From a bacterium (lineage in GTDB: Bacteria > Desulfobacterota > DSWW01): a stretch of DNA of 64,000 bases. The notes under the pieces were generated by a model. That model worked only from the letters and a program-made list of their open reading frames with translations. It searched no databases and was not told where the DNA came from. Both the position numbers and the translations under genes were made by a program. How positions within the stretch are numbered: the first letter of the stretch is position 1; every line of letters starts with the position of its first letter. The stretch covers positions 160,369 through 224,368 of the forward strand of contig JBFLZG010000002.1 of the NCBI GenBank assembly GCA_040756235.1, in the 5' to 3' direction. Shown piece by piece: positions 42,968-52,872 of this stretch.

Positions 42968-43918
42968 ATGCAACTGATCAAGCCGAATACGAATTACGAT
43001 TTTCTGCGATGGAAGATCATCGCTCCCATCTTTTCCGGACTGCTCATTCTGGCAACACTCATTTCCCTATGGATCCGCGGCGGTCCGAACTACGGGATCG
43101 ACTTCAGCGGAGGCATCCTGGTTCAGCTGAAGTTCAAGAATGAGGTCAGCGCAGGAGAGGTAAGGGAGGCCCTCGGGGACCTGGGTCTCCGCCACCTGCT
43201 CGTGCAGCGCTTCGGGGCCAAGGCGGATAATGAATACCTGGTCCGGGTCGAGCAGACGGAGACGGACCTGAACGCCCTTTCCCAGAGGATCGAGACGGCC
43301 CTGAAGGAGCGTTTCGGGCCCGACAGCACCGAGGTGAGACGGACGGAAATCGTGGGGCCCAAGGTCGGAGCGGAGCTTCGCAAGAAGGGTCTCCTGGCAG
43401 TCCTCTACTCCAACATCGGAATCTTGATCTACCTGACTTTCCGTTTCGAGTTTCGGTACGCGCTCGGGACGGTTCTGGCCGTGGTGCATGACGCCCTCAT
43501 CACGATAGGCGTGTTCTCGCTTCTGAACAGAGAAATCGACCTTCCCGAGGTCGCCGCGATCCTCACGATCATCGGCTACTCCGTGAACGATACGATTGTC
43601 TTGTTCGACCGGGTGCGTGAGAACTTGCGGAAGATCCGCAAGCAGGCCCTGGAGAAAGTCCTGAACACGAGCATCAACGAGACGCTGAGCCGCACGATCC
43701 TGACTTCTCTGACGGTGCTCGTGGTCGTCATCGTTCTTTTCTTCTTCGGGGGCCCGGTCATTCACAACTTCGCCCTGGCCATGCTCGTCGGGTGTATCGT
43801 CGGCACTTATTCGACCGTTTATATCGCGAGCCCGATCGTCCTCTTGTGGGGCTACGTCAAAGAGAGGACCATGAAGACGAAGTCGGCTCGGCCTGCGGCA
43901 AAGAAGCTGGCACGCTAG
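42968..43918 (+). CDS. secF: Protein translocase subunit SecF
   Basis: GIDFSGG, VGPKVG.EL, HD, IGYSVNDTIV.FDRVRE, TLSRTILTS, GTYST.YIA. Confidence 0.98.
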   Translation: MQLIKPNTNYDFLRWKIIAPIFSGLLILATLISLWIRGGPNYGIDFSGGILVQLKFKNEVSAGEVREALGDLGLRHLLVQRFGAKADNEYLVRVEQTETDLNALSQRIETALKERFGPDSTEVRRTEIVGPKVGAELRKKGLLAVLYSNIGILIYLTFRFEFRYALGTVLAVVHDALITIGVFSLLNREIDLPEVAAILTIIGYSVNDTIVLFDRVRENLRKIRKQALEKVLNTSINETLSRTILTSLTVLVVVIVLFFFGGPVIHNFALAMLVGCIVGTYSTVYIASPIVLLWGYVKERTMKTKSARPAAKKLAR

Positions 43919-43992
43919 GTCTGCCCATTACCCACAAATTACCGACCGCGAATATGCAACGTCCCCATTCTGGAGAGAATGTCGTTTCTTCT

Positions 43993-44105
43993 ACCTTCTC
44001 CCCCTCGCCGAGGGGAGAAGGTCAGGATGAGGGGTGGAGCTGATGCTGCTCGTGTTGGCGTCCCCCTCACCCTGTCCCTCTCCCTCGAGCGCGGGGGAGA
44101 GGGGA
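43993..44105. repeat. Inverted pair of CCCTCACCC...CCCTCTCCC...GGGAGAGGG-type REP palindromes
   Basis: ACCTTCTCCCC/GGGGAGAAGGT hairpin plus GATGAGGGG, then the inverted unit CCCCTCACCCTGTCCCTCTCCC...GGGAGAGGGG; a related unit begins near 63973. Confidence 0.7.
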
Positions 44106-44124
44106 TTTCGAGAGTGAGGGGACG

Positions 44125-44631
44125 ATGACGCTGCTCGGGACCCTTCTCTTCTTTCTTGTCCTTCTTTTCGGGATCGCCTCGCTTCTCTTCGGGCTGCCGG
44201 GTACCGTGATCATCCTGCTGGCGGCCGCGGTGTGGGCATGGGCGAGCGGCTTTCGGGAGATCACCGGCGGCATGCTGCTGGTCCTCGCCGCGCTCACGCT
44301 GTTTGGAGAAATCTCGGACTACCTCTTTGGGATCCTTGGAGCCAGGCGCTACGGGTCCTCGGGGGGCGGAATCGCTTTCTCCATCGCAGGAGGTTTGGTC
44401 GGAGCGGTGATCGGTGCCCCTTTTCTGTTCGGGTTGGGGGCGGTCCTGGGTGCCTTTGCCGGCGCTTTCGCCGGGGCCGTTCTCTATGAGCTGTTCTCCT
44501 ACGGCTGCGGCCAGTGGCGACAGGCATTGAGGAGCGGCTGGGGAAACTTCCTCGGAAGGGTGATGGGGATGATCACCAAGGTAGCAATTGCCGTGGGCAT
44601 GGTGGTGTGGATCGCCGTCACTCTCCTTTGA
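44125..44631 (+). CDS. DUF456-family membrane protein
   Basis: GLPGT, GARRYGSS, Gly/Ala-rich helices GA..GAFAGA...EL, ALR.G.G..LGR..G...K. Confidence 0.85.
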   Translation: MTLLGTLLFFLVLLFGIASLLFGLPGTVIILLAAAVWAWASGFREITGGMLLVLAALTLFGEISDYLFGILGARRYGSSGGGIAFSIAGGLVGAVIGAPFLFGLGAVLGAFAGAFAGAVLYELFSYGCGQWRQALRSGWGNFLGRVMGMITKVAIAVGMVVWIAVTLL

Positions 44632-44867
44632 GAGGCTGTCGATAAACGGCCATCTGCGGCGTTGCGCTCGTGGGGCATGGAGGCGGGGGAGCCTGCCCCG
44701 GCGAAGGCCGGAATCCACCGTGACTCCCGGCTCGTTCCTCAGGATTTGACTCGGGCCGTCCATGGCCCTCGCCCTACGGGCGCATCATCCTCGCGGATGA
44801 TGCGCCCAATTCCGCTGTCCTGCGGAATGGTCGCGCGCCTTGCATCTGGCCATTTCTCAACAGCCTC
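44632..44867 (+). mobile_element. MITE-like non-autonomous element (long composite copy)
   Basis: Terminal inverted repeats (TTGA)GAGGCTGT...ACAGCCTC(TCAA) with imperfect inward extension; shares a 38-nt identical core with 57737-57869; internal 13-bp hairpin at 44778-44807. Confidence 0.65.
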
Positions 44868-44918
44868 TCAAGGGCTTTGTCGAAAAATACGGCTCGCCGC
44901 AGCATGGTACGGTGACAG

Positions 44919-46712
44919 ATGCGCAAGGATGTCTGCCTTCCGTTGTATGAATGGGTCCTGCGGGCTGCGGATTCCGATTTGTGCGCCTCCCTGGCCTCGA
45001 GCTGGAATGTCTCCGCTCAGGCTGCCCACATCCTCTATCACCGCGGTTTGCGCACCTCGGAAGACGGAGCGCGGTTTCTCGCGACTTCCCTGAAGGGGAT
45101 GCGTTCGCCTTTCCTGCTGCGCTCCATGGAGCAGGCGGTCGAGCGCGTCATGCGCGCGGTGCTGCGCAGGGAAAGGGTGCTGGTCTATGGTGACTACGAT
45201 GTGGACGGCATCACGGCCACGGCCATTCTGGTCCACTTTCTCCGCTACGCCGGCCTGCAGCCCTTCTACTATGTTCCCGATCGCTTGAGCGAGGGGTACG
45301 GCTTTCACCCGGAATGGGTGCGCCGCTTCCACAACGAAGGCGTGCAACTCATCATCACCGTGGATTGCGGCGTCTCGGCCCACGAGGCGGTTGGGCTCGC
45401 GCAGTCCCTCGGCATCGATGTGGTTGTCACGGACCATCACGAATGCCAGGGCCGGATCCCCCCTGCTCTGGCCGTGGTCAACCCCAAGCAGCCTCGCGAG
45501 GGGTTCCCGTTTCGGGACCTCGCCGGCGTGGGCGTCGCCTTCTATCTGGTCGTGGCCTTGCGCACGCGTCTGAGAGAATGCGGGCTGTGGGAGAGAAAAC
45601 CCGAGCCGGTGCTGCGTGACTATCTCGACCTCGTGGCGTTGGGCACGCTGGCCGACATGGTCCCCCTGCAACAGGAGAACCGCCTGTTCGTCAAGCACGG
45701 GTTGGGGGAAATTTCGGCCGCCCGGCGGCCCGGGGTCTCCGTGCTCAAGGAGCAGTCGGGAATCAGAGGCCACGTCTTTCACGCGCGGCCGATCGTCTAC
45801 CGGATGATCCCGCGGATCAACGCTCCCGGGCGGCTGGGGAGCGCCCTGGAAGGATTGGAGATGCTGCTTTGCGAGGACCTGGAGCAAGCGAAGCGCATGG
45901 CCAGGGGTATCGAGGACCGCAACCACCAGAGAAAATCGATCGAGGAGGCGGTTTACCAGGAGGCCTTCCGTCTGGCCGAGAAGCATCTCGGCATCGCCGA
46001 GCAGCCGGTCCTCGTGCTCGGTTCGGAGAAGTGGCACAAGGGCATTCTGGGGATCGTCGCTTCTCGACTGGTTGAGGATTTCCAGCGTCCTGTCGTGCTC
46101 CTGTCTTTCGACGGCGATCTTGGCAAGGGGTCGGTGCGGACCGTTGAAGGGTTGGACATCCTGGCTGCTCTGCTTTCCTGCCGCGAGCACCTGGAGGAGT
46201 TCGGAGGCCACCGCTCGGCCGCGGGCATCCGGCTGCAGAGGCGCCACATGGAGAGATTCCGTCGGGCTTTTGCAGAAGCGATCCAGGCGCTGCGGGGCAG
46301 GGGAAAGATCCGGGCGCATCGACTCTTGCTCGATCTGTGGCTGAAGGAGCCGAAGCAGCTGAACGAACGGATCGTCGCGGAATTGGGACAGATGGCTCCT
46401 TTCGGCAGCGGCAATGACGAGCCGGTTTTCGGGATGGAGAGGGTGTCATTCTTTGATTGCCGAGCGGTCGGAGAGAACCACTTGAGGCTGAGCGTGGGCG
46501 ACCCGGCGTGCCGCTTCGAGGCAATCGGGTTCGGGATGGCGAACGGGCCTCTGACGAGGCAAGCGGGATGCACATGGGATATCGCCTTCACCCCGGAGCA
46601 GGACGAGTGGCAGGGAAAATCGCAGATGCGTCTTCGTCTCGTGGACATTCGGCCCTCTGGATCCCCTCCTCCGGCGCCTTGTTGCATTACAGGCGAGCCG
46701 GAAACCGTATAG
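44919..46712 (+). CDS. recJ: Single-stranded-DNA exonuclease RecJ
   Basis: YGDYDVDG, PDRLSEGYG, TVDCG, TDHH, LAGVGVAF, GTLADMVPL, PRINA.GRL, FGGH..AAG, PFG.GN. Confidence 0.97.
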   Translation: MRKDVCLPLYEWVLRAADSDLCASLASSWNVSAQAAHILYHRGLRTSEDGARFLATSLKGMRSPFLLRSMEQAVERVMRAVLRRERVLVYGDYDVDGITATAILVHFLRYAGLQPFYYVPDRLSEGYGFHPEWVRRFHNEGVQLIITVDCGVSAHEAVGLAQSLGIDVVVTDHHECQGRIPPALAVVNPKQPREGFPFRDLAGVGVAFYLVVALRTRLRECGLWERKPEPVLRDYLDLVALGTLADMVPLQQENRLFVKHGLGEISAARRPGVSVLKEQSGIRGHVFHARPIVYRMIPRINAPGRLGSALEGLEMLLCEDLEQAKRMARGIEDRNHQRKSIEEAVYQEAFRLAEKHLGIAEQPVLVLGSEKWHKGILGIVASRLVEDFQRPVVLLSFDGDLGKGSVRTVEGLDILAALLSCREHLEEFGGHRSAAGIRLQRRHMERFRRAFAEAIQALRGRGKIRAHRLLLDLWLKEPKQLNERIVAELGQMAPFGSGNDEPVFGMERVSFFDCRAVGENHLRLSVGDPACRFEAIGFGMANGPLTRQAGCTWDIAFTPEQDEWQGKSQMRLRLVDIRPSGSPPPAPCCITGEPETV

Positions 46713-46908
46713 GCCGCGGCAAGCGGATCATCGCAGAGGAGCAGGCTTCGGGTCACCGGGGAACGCCGAGTTGATTTCCCGCAAGCGAAGCATTAGCTTG
46801 GAGTTCGGCCGGTCGAGCCAAGCAGGCCGATCTCATTTGTACGCTGCGGCCGTGGGGTGGGTGGAGAGAACCGATTCGACCTCTTGCCGAAGAGAGGGCC
46901 TGAAGGTC

Positions 46909-47157
46909 ATGCCCAAGACGGAGGAGAGGCGGGAAGGGCTGGAGAAGTGGATCGAGCAGCGCATCCGCAAGGCCCTCGAGAATATTCCGCTTCCGTTCGA
47001 AAAAAAGCTGGCTCAGCTCAGGGAGAGAATCGAGGGGATCCAGAAGCGATGCCAGCTCCTGTCCTGTCGGATTGAACGCCCTGTATCGCCGTCCAACGGC
47101 GCCGCCCGGAGCGAGAAGGACCCGGAAGCGTCGGAAACGATGAAACCGCCCGTCTGA
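46909..47157 (+). CDS. Small coiled-coil hypothetical protein (phasin/PhaF-C-terminal-like)
   Basis: LEKWIEQRIRKALENIPLP..KKLAQLRERIEGIQKR; ATG after GAAGGT. Confidence 0.55.
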   Translation: MPKTEERREGLEKWIEQRIRKALENIPLPFEKKLAQLRERIEGIQKRCQLLSCRIERPVSPSNGAARSEKDPEASETMKPPV

Positions 47158-47397
47158 ACCCGGCGCGGGACCGCTGCCGTCAGCCTTCCTTTGGCACAAA
47201 GGGCCGCGCCCGTTGTTGTCGACTGCCCTGGCCGCACGTGCACCCGGGCGGCTCCGCACGCGGCAATTCTCATTCTTCCTGCCTCTGGTGGCTTCGGGCT
47301 CCTCTCCACCGCCGGCTGGTTGACTGCCAATGACGCGCTGTGTTAGGTTGACCCCGCGTGGATTCCTCGAACGCGGAAGAAAGGCATGGAGTGGAGA

Positions 47398-47598
47398 ATG
47401 CACAAGAGGAGATTCAACTACACGCTCCTTACCAGCCGAGAGGCAGCCGTCGAGCTCGACATGAGCCCGGATCTGGTCAACAGCCTGGCCCGCTGCCGCA
47501 GGCTCCCTGCGTCCAAGGTCGGCCGGCAGTGGCGCTTCAGGAAGAGGGACGTCACCCTATTCAAAAAGCAGCTGCAGAGGGGACTCCAGGCTGCTTGA
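47398..47598 (+). CDS. Excisionase-type (HTH_17) DNA-binding protein
   Basis: LLTSREAA..L..S...V..LAR..RLPASKVGRQWRFRKRDV. Confidence 0.85.
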   Translation: MHKRRFNYTLLTSREAAVELDMSPDLVNSLARCRRLPASKVGRQWRFRKRDVTLFKKQLQRGLQAA

Positions 47599-47711
47599 GC
47601 CCCCAAGGGTGAGTCTGCCTCCGCGCTGGCGTGGCTGCTGTCAGCGCCCGCGCGCTCAACGGGCCGTCGAAAAAGGCGCATCCGCGGCCCCCCTGTTACC
47701 AGGAAGAACTT

Positions 47712-47739
47712 GTAGGGGCGAAACATTTTTCGCCCCTAC
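47712..47739. repeat. GTAG-type REP palindrome, also a plausible terminator
   Basis: GTAGGGGCGAAA-CATT-TTTCGCCCCTAC followed by a T-rich run, between convergent genes. Confidence 0.75.
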
Positions 47740-47755
47740 GTCTTTCTTTTGGTTC

Positions 47756-50530
47756 TCAATGTGCCTGGACGGGTGAAGATACGGGAGTCGCCTCGTGCCC
47801 GGCTGCATGGGAGGGCGCCTGCGGAAGGACCACCGCTTCGACCATGCGATCCGGGTCCAAATACTTGCGCGCTACCCGGCGCACGTCCTGAGCGGTAACC
47901 GCCTGAATTCTTGCCGCATAGTGCTTGTACGAGTCGTATCCGAGACCGTAGAGCTCGTCGAAGGCGATGACGGCAGCCTGAGCGGAGTGGGTCTGGAGAC
48001 CCAGTTCGAAGGTTCCGGTCAGATAGCGCTTGGCCCTCTCGAGCTCCTCGGCCGGCACCTCCGTTTCACGGAGTCTCAGCAACTGGCTTTTGATGCCCCG
48101 GATTGCGACATCCCTCTTGCTCGGGCTGGTCGCAATGTAGACTCCTACAGCGCCCGGCTCCATCCCTTCGCGCGTGAAGGACGAGACGGAATAAGCAAGA
48201 CTCTGCTCGTCGCGAAGCTGAAGAAAGAGACGGCCCCCCTGCCCGGAAAGGATCGCATCCATGACGGACAGGCTGTATCGGTCCGGGTCCGCATGGACCG
48301 CACCCCGCCCGCCCAGGACCAGATGGGCCTGGAGCTTCTCCGCGGAGACCTCCCGCTTGAGATCCGGTGTCGGCCCGCCCTTGCAGCCGTCCCAGCTCTC
48401 CGCAGGGCGCTGAAAGGACGCGCGGGGCATTTCAGCCAGGAGCCGCTTGGCCGTCTCCACCCCTTCTTGCGTCGATACGTCCCCCACGATCGCCAGGACG
48501 AGATTGTCTGAGACGGCATGCCGCCGGTAATAGGCCGCCAGATCCTCTCGGGTCATCTTCCCGATCGTCTCGGCCGTACCGAGAGGGTCCATGCCGTACG
48601 GACAGCGAGGATAAAGCCCCTTCCAGAAAAGCTGGAAGACGAGCCCTGCCAGGTTGTCCTCCCGCGTCCGGATCGCGGACAGGATATCCTTTCGCTTTTT
48701 CTCGAGCTCCTCTTGCGGGAAACTGGGGTGCAACAGGACGTCCGCAAACAGCTCGAAGGCGGGCAGGAAATTGGAGCTCAGCGACTCCGCGCTCAGGCCC
48801 AGGCTGTCCCTCCCGGAGAACCCGGACAGAGAGCCGGCCAGCGATTCGATTTCGTTTGCGATGCGGGCGGCAGAGCGGGAAGAGGTCCCCATGGTCAGCA
48901 TGCTGCCGGTGAAGTTGCTGATCCCGTTCGTCTCTTCGTTCTCCGTGAGAAGCCCTCCCAGAAAGACCGCGCGCAGAGAGACCAGGGGCACGGCGTGATC
49001 CTCCTTGACGAGAAGGCGTGCGCCGCCGGGAAGCTCGACTCGCCGGATGGCGTCTTCTGCCTGACCTTGAAGAGGTCGTTGGTCCGCGAAGAGCGCTTGG
49101 ACCTCGGAGTACGCTCGGGCCGCCGATTCCAGGAGCGCCGTTTCGGTCAACGCACGGTCCTGGGCGGCATGGGGCAGGAGGACGCCGATCGTGATGTTGC
49201 TCGGCTCCAGGTATTTTCTTGCCACCCGGAGAACATCTTCACCGCGCACCGCTCGCAGTGCGGCCAAATACTTCTGGCCGAAATCCAGGTCTCCGGCAAT
49301 CGCCTCGTAGTAGCCCAGCTCCCTGGCCTGGCCGCCTACGGTTTCCTGCTGATAGATGAAGTCGCTTTCGATCTGCAGCCGCGCCCTGCGGAGCTCTTCG
49401 TCGCCGAGAGGCTGACGGGCGGTCTGATACAGCTCCTTCAGGATCGTATGGAGAGCTTCGCCCAGATCTTCCGTGTCCATATCGGACGACACCAGCATCA
49501 TGCCAGGGTCCTTGGGCGTCATCGAGTAAGCCTGCACGGAGCTCACGATTCTCTTGTTCATGCGCAACGCCCGATAAAGCCTGGAGCTCCTCCCGTGCCC
49601 GAGGACTTGTGCGAGAACGTCGAGCGCGGGCACGTCCTCGTGAGTGAGCTGAGGGATATGGAAGCCGAGCTCCAGGTGAGCCTGTTTGGCCTCACCCCTG
49701 AGCAGGACCGCCCTCGGACGGTTCTGGGACGGCTCCTGGAGGTGCGCGCTGACAGGAAGCTTCCGCGCCGGGATCTTGCCGAGCCGGGCTTCGAGCCGAG
49801 GAAGGAGACGATCGGCGTCGAAATCTCCGGTCATGACCCAGACCATGTTTTCCGGAATGTACCACTTCCCGTAGAAGCGCAAGATGTCCTCTCGGGTGAC
49901 CTTCCGGACCGTCTCCTCCAGACCGATCACGGGCCTCCCGTAAGGGTGCACGGTGTAGGCCTTGGCCAGGAATGCTTCGGCCAATCGACTTTCCGGCACA
50001 TCCTTGGACCGGCGGATCTCCTCGAGCACGACTTCCTTTTCCTTTTCCAGCTCGGCAGGATGGAAGCTTGCGTTGTGGATGATGTCGGCCAGGATGTCGA
50101 CTCCCGCGTCCATGAAACGCGAGGCCATGTTGATGAAGTACACCGTGTTCTCCCAGGAGGTGTAGGCGTTGATCTCGCCGCCTGCGGCCTCGACCTCCCT
50201 GGCGATCTGGCCGACCCCTCGGCTGGTGGTGCCCTTGAAGAGCATGTGTTCATGCAGGTGGGCGATTCCCGCTTCTCCGTCCTGCTCGTCCGTGCTGCCC
50301 GTTTTGACCCAGACCTGGATGGACACGACCGGTGCCGCGGAATTGGGCTTCAGGATCACGGTCATGCCGTTTGGAAGGACACGGCGGATCGGCGCAGCGT
50401 CGGCCACGCCTTGTTGACAGCAGATCAGAAGAGCCAGGAACACGATCGGACTCGCGGCGAGGAGGATGCGCCCGCGGCGGGACCTCTCTCGAGCACAGCC
50501 CGCCCCGAGCGGGTGGCTCTCCGGTAGCAC
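47756..50530 (-). CDS. M16 (pitrilysin/insulinase)-family zinc peptidase, two-module, probably exported
   Basis: GS.DE...EAGIAHLHEHMLFKGT, INAYTS, second module lacks HxxEH; signal-like hydrophobic stretch; GTG start 50530 is a guess. Confidence 0.9.
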   Translation of the reverse strand: MLPESHPLGAGCARERSRRGRILLAASPIVFLALLICCQQGVADAAPIRRVLPNGMTVILKPNSAAPVVSIQVWVKTGSTDEQDGEAGIAHLHEHMLFKGTTSRGVGQIAREVEAAGGEINAYTSWENTVYFINMASRFMDAGVDILADIIHNASFHPAELEKEKEVVLEEIRRSKDVPESRLAEAFLAKAYTVHPYGRPVIGLEETVRKVTREDILRFYGKWYIPENMVWVMTGDFDADRLLPRLEARLGKIPARKLPVSAHLQEPSQNRPRAVLLRGEAKQAHLELGFHIPQLTHEDVPALDVLAQVLGHGRSSRLYRALRMNKRIVSSVQAYSMTPKDPGMMLVSSDMDTEDLGEALHTILKELYQTARQPLGDEELRRARLQIESDFIYQQETVGGQARELGYYEAIAGDLDFGQKYLAALRAVRGEDVLRVARKYLEPSNITIGVLLPHAAQDRALTETALLESAARAYSEVQALFADQRPLQGQAEDAIRRVELPGGARLLVKEDHAVPLVSLRAVFLGGLLTENEETNGISNFTGSMLTMGTSSRSAARIANEIESLAGSLSGFSGRDSLGLSAESLSSNFLPAFELFADVLLHPSFPQEELEKKRKDILSAIRTREDNLAGLVFQLFWKGLYPRCPYGMDPLGTAETIGKMTREDLAAYYRRHAVSDNLVLAIVGDVSTQEGVETAKRLLAEMPRASFQRPAESWDGCKGGPTPDLKREVSAEKLQAHLVLGGRGAVHADPDRYSLSVMDAILSGQGGRLFLQLRDEQSLAYSVSSFTREGMEPGAVGVYIATSPSKRDVAIRGIKSQLLRLRETEVPAEELERAKRYLTGTFELGLQTHSAQAAVIAFDELYGLGYDSYKHYAARIQAVTAQDVRRVARKYLDPDRMVEAVVLPQAPSHAAGHEATPVSSPVQAH

Positions 50531-50700
50531 CTCGTCCCGGCCAGGGGCGCACAGCGGCCGCGAGCCGGGGTCCTGATGGACGGGTTCCCCGCGCTTGTCC
50601 CGGACCTTGATCCGGGGCCCGCGGGGATTACGGCAACAGGGCAGGTTCGATACCTCCGCCGTGGGGCGGGCGATCAGGTGAGAACGCATGCTACCCCCGT

Positions 50701-51822
50701 TCATGTCCCAAGTAGCTTCAGGATCTTCCGAGTGGCCCCTGTCATCGGGTAGAGATGTAAATGATTTGGATGAATCCAGCGGTAACCGAGTTCCCCGCGG
50801 GGAGATCGGACGTTCTGAACCGGCTGCGCCCGGCAGGGGATGACCTCCAGCTCTTCCCGAAAGTGAGTATACGAGTGGCGCACCGTGAGAGCGCTCCTGC
50901 AGGGAATGCGCTCGAGAGAAACGAATCCGCGCAGGCTGTCCCACAGGCTCTGGAAAGCCCCGCTGCCGCCCTTCTTGCGGTGATCGAGCTCCGTACCTGG
51001 CAGCTCCCAGAGCCCGGCCAGGAGCCCTTCCGGAGGCCGCTTGCGAAACAGCAGCCGTCCGCGGTACCAGGCGGCCGCCACCACCGCGTGTCGCAGCGGC
51101 GTCTTCGGCTTGCGCGCGCGCGTGGGCAGCACGAGCACCTGGTCCCGGTGCAGGGCCTGGCAGACCGTCCGCAGAGGGCAGATCGGACAGCGCGGCCGCG
51201 CCGGCGTGCACACCAGAGCGCCAAGCTCCATCATGGCCTGGTTGAAGGCGGATGGATCGCCGCGCGGGAGCAGGCTGTCCGCTGTCCTCTGGAGCCCGGT
51301 CCGCACCTGGGGCCTGCGCGGGTCCTCGCTGAGGCCCAGCAAGCGGCAGAGGACGCGCATGGCGTTACCGTCGAGGGCCGCGACGGCCCTGCCGAACGCG
51401 ATGCTCGAGACGGCCCGTGCGGTGTACGGACCGATTCCGGGAAGGCGCTCCAGGTCCCCCGCATCCCGAGGGATCTTCCCTCCATGTCGGGTCATGACGA
51501 TGCGCGCGGCGCGGTGCAGGCTGCGCGCCCGGCCGTAGTATCCCAGGCCCTGCCAGACCAGGAGCACTTCTTCGATCGAAGCGCGCGCGAGGTGTGCGAG
51601 CGAAGGGAACCGCTCGAGAAAACGTTCGTAATAAGCGGTGGCCGTCTCGACCCGTGTCTGCTGCAGCAGGACCTCGGAAACCCAGATCCGGTAGGGATCG
51701 GCGGTGCGGCGCCAGGGCAAGTCCCTCCTGCTGGCACGATACCAGCGCAGGAGATCGGCTTGGAGCTGGGGTTTTCGTGGGGCGGGCAAGAATCGAGCTC
51801 GAGAATCGGTTTCCGTAAGCAT
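50701..51822 (-). CDS. mutY: A/G-specific adenine glycosylase
   Basis: RDLPWR, PYRIWVSEVLLQQT, W.GLGYY.RAR, LPGIGPYTA, DGN..RV, C-X6-C-X2-C-X5-C, GLLAGLWELP. Confidence 0.97.
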   Translation of the reverse strand: MLTETDSRARFLPAPRKPQLQADLLRWYRASRRDLPWRRTADPYRIWVSEVLLQQTRVETATAYYERFLERFPSLAHLARASIEEVLLVWQGLGYYGRARSLHRAARIVMTRHGGKIPRDAGDLERLPGIGPYTARAVSSIAFGRAVAALDGNAMRVLCRLLGLSEDPRRPQVRTGLQRTADSLLPRGDPSAFNQAMMELGALVCTPARPRCPICPLRTVCQALHRDQVLVLPTRARKPKTPLRHAVVAAAWYRGRLLFRKRPPEGLLAGLWELPGTELDHRKKGGSGAFQSLWDSLRGFVSLERIPCRSALTVRHSYTHFREELEVIPCRAQPVQNVRSPRGELGYRWIHPNHLHLYPMTGATRKILKLLGT

Positions 51823-51908
51823 GCCTGCTGAAGCGTTCACGCTTAAGGATAATGATCGAGCGGGCCCGGCGTCAACAAAGGGACGAGATGGGCGTCTGGG
51901 GAAAGCCC

Positions 51909-52700
51909 CTAGCAGCCCGGCGCCCACCGCACCACCGCAAGGAGCTCATCCTGCAGTCGGCCGTTGGATGCGATGACGCTGCGGGCGTGCAGGTCAAGAG
52001 GGCGGCCCGCTCGGTCGGCGCAGGTGCCGCCTGCTTCGCGCACGATTAGCATGCCGGCCGCATAGTCCCAGACCGATAGCTCGTACTCGAAGTAGGCATC
52101 CATCCGGCCGCAGGCGAGCCAGCACAGGTCCAGCGCAGCGCTTCCGGTCCGGCGGATGCCCTGCACGCCTGCGTGAAAGAGCGCCCGGATCCCCCCGAGG
52201 GTTCGCTCCATGACCTCGCCTCTGTCGTAGTAGAACCCGGTCGTGACCAGGGCATGCGCGAGGTCGGCGCAGGAAGAGGTCTCGATCTTCTTGCCGTTGA
52301 GGAAGGCCCCCCCTCCGTGCAGGGCGGTGAACATCTCCTTGCGAACCGGGTCGAACACGGCACCCGCCAGGACTTCTCCGTGGCGGGCATACGCGATCGA
52401 GACGCAGAAGTGAGGGAAGCGGTGGGCGTAGTTGTTCGTTCCGTCCAGCGGGTCGACGATCCAGAGGTCGGGCGCCTCGCGCGTGAATTCCGGGTGCTGC
52501 TCTTCGGTCAGAAAGGCATGGCCGGGAAAGCGCCGCCGTACCCTTTCCAGGATCGCTTCCTCGGCCTCCAGGTCCGCTGTGGTGACCAGGTTGTGAGAGG
52601 CGTTTCCCTTGTGCATGACAGAAAGCTCCGCATGCTTCCCGAGCACGATGCGGCCCGCCTCCCGGGCCGCCAGTCTGGCCAGTCGCAACACGGCTTTCAT
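51909..52700 (-). CDS. suhB: Inositol monophosphatase family protein
   Basis: LVT.AD, LTEE, WIVDPLDGTNNY, RRTGSAALDL, WDYAAG; start at ATG 52700. Confidence 0.93.
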   Translation of the reverse strand: MKAVLRLARLAAREAGRIVLGKHAELSVMHKGNASHNLVTTADLEAEEAILERVRRRFPGHAFLTEEQHPEFTREAPDLWIVDPLDGTNNYAHRFPHFCVSIAYARHGEVLAGAVFDPVRKEMFTALHGGGAFLNGKKIETSSCADLAHALVTTGFYYDRGEVMERTLGGIRALFHAGVQGIRRTGSAALDLCWLACGRMDAYFEYELSVWDYAAGMLIVREAGGTCADRAGRPLDLHARSVIASNGRLQDELLAVVRWAPGC

Positions 52701-52872
52701 GGCGGGCTCCTGTTGCCCACGAAAATTAGATTCATCCGATCGAGCGCATGACCCGGAAGCGCCTGACCCGGAATTGTAATCTCCTGATGTTCCTGACATG
52801 ATGGGGCGTGCGCGCAACGGGCCGCGCGGCGCTCCGCCGCCGGCCCGCTGCCTCTGGTCGACGGAAACGATC

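Noticed and set aside
47398..47598. Prophage or integrative element suggested by the excisionase-like HTH
   Set aside because: No integrase, att repeats or phage genes nearby.
50531..51211. Long N-terminal extension of the M16 peptidase ORF
   Set aside because: Overlaps mutY in another frame and is low-complexity; the signal-like segment points to a start near 50530.
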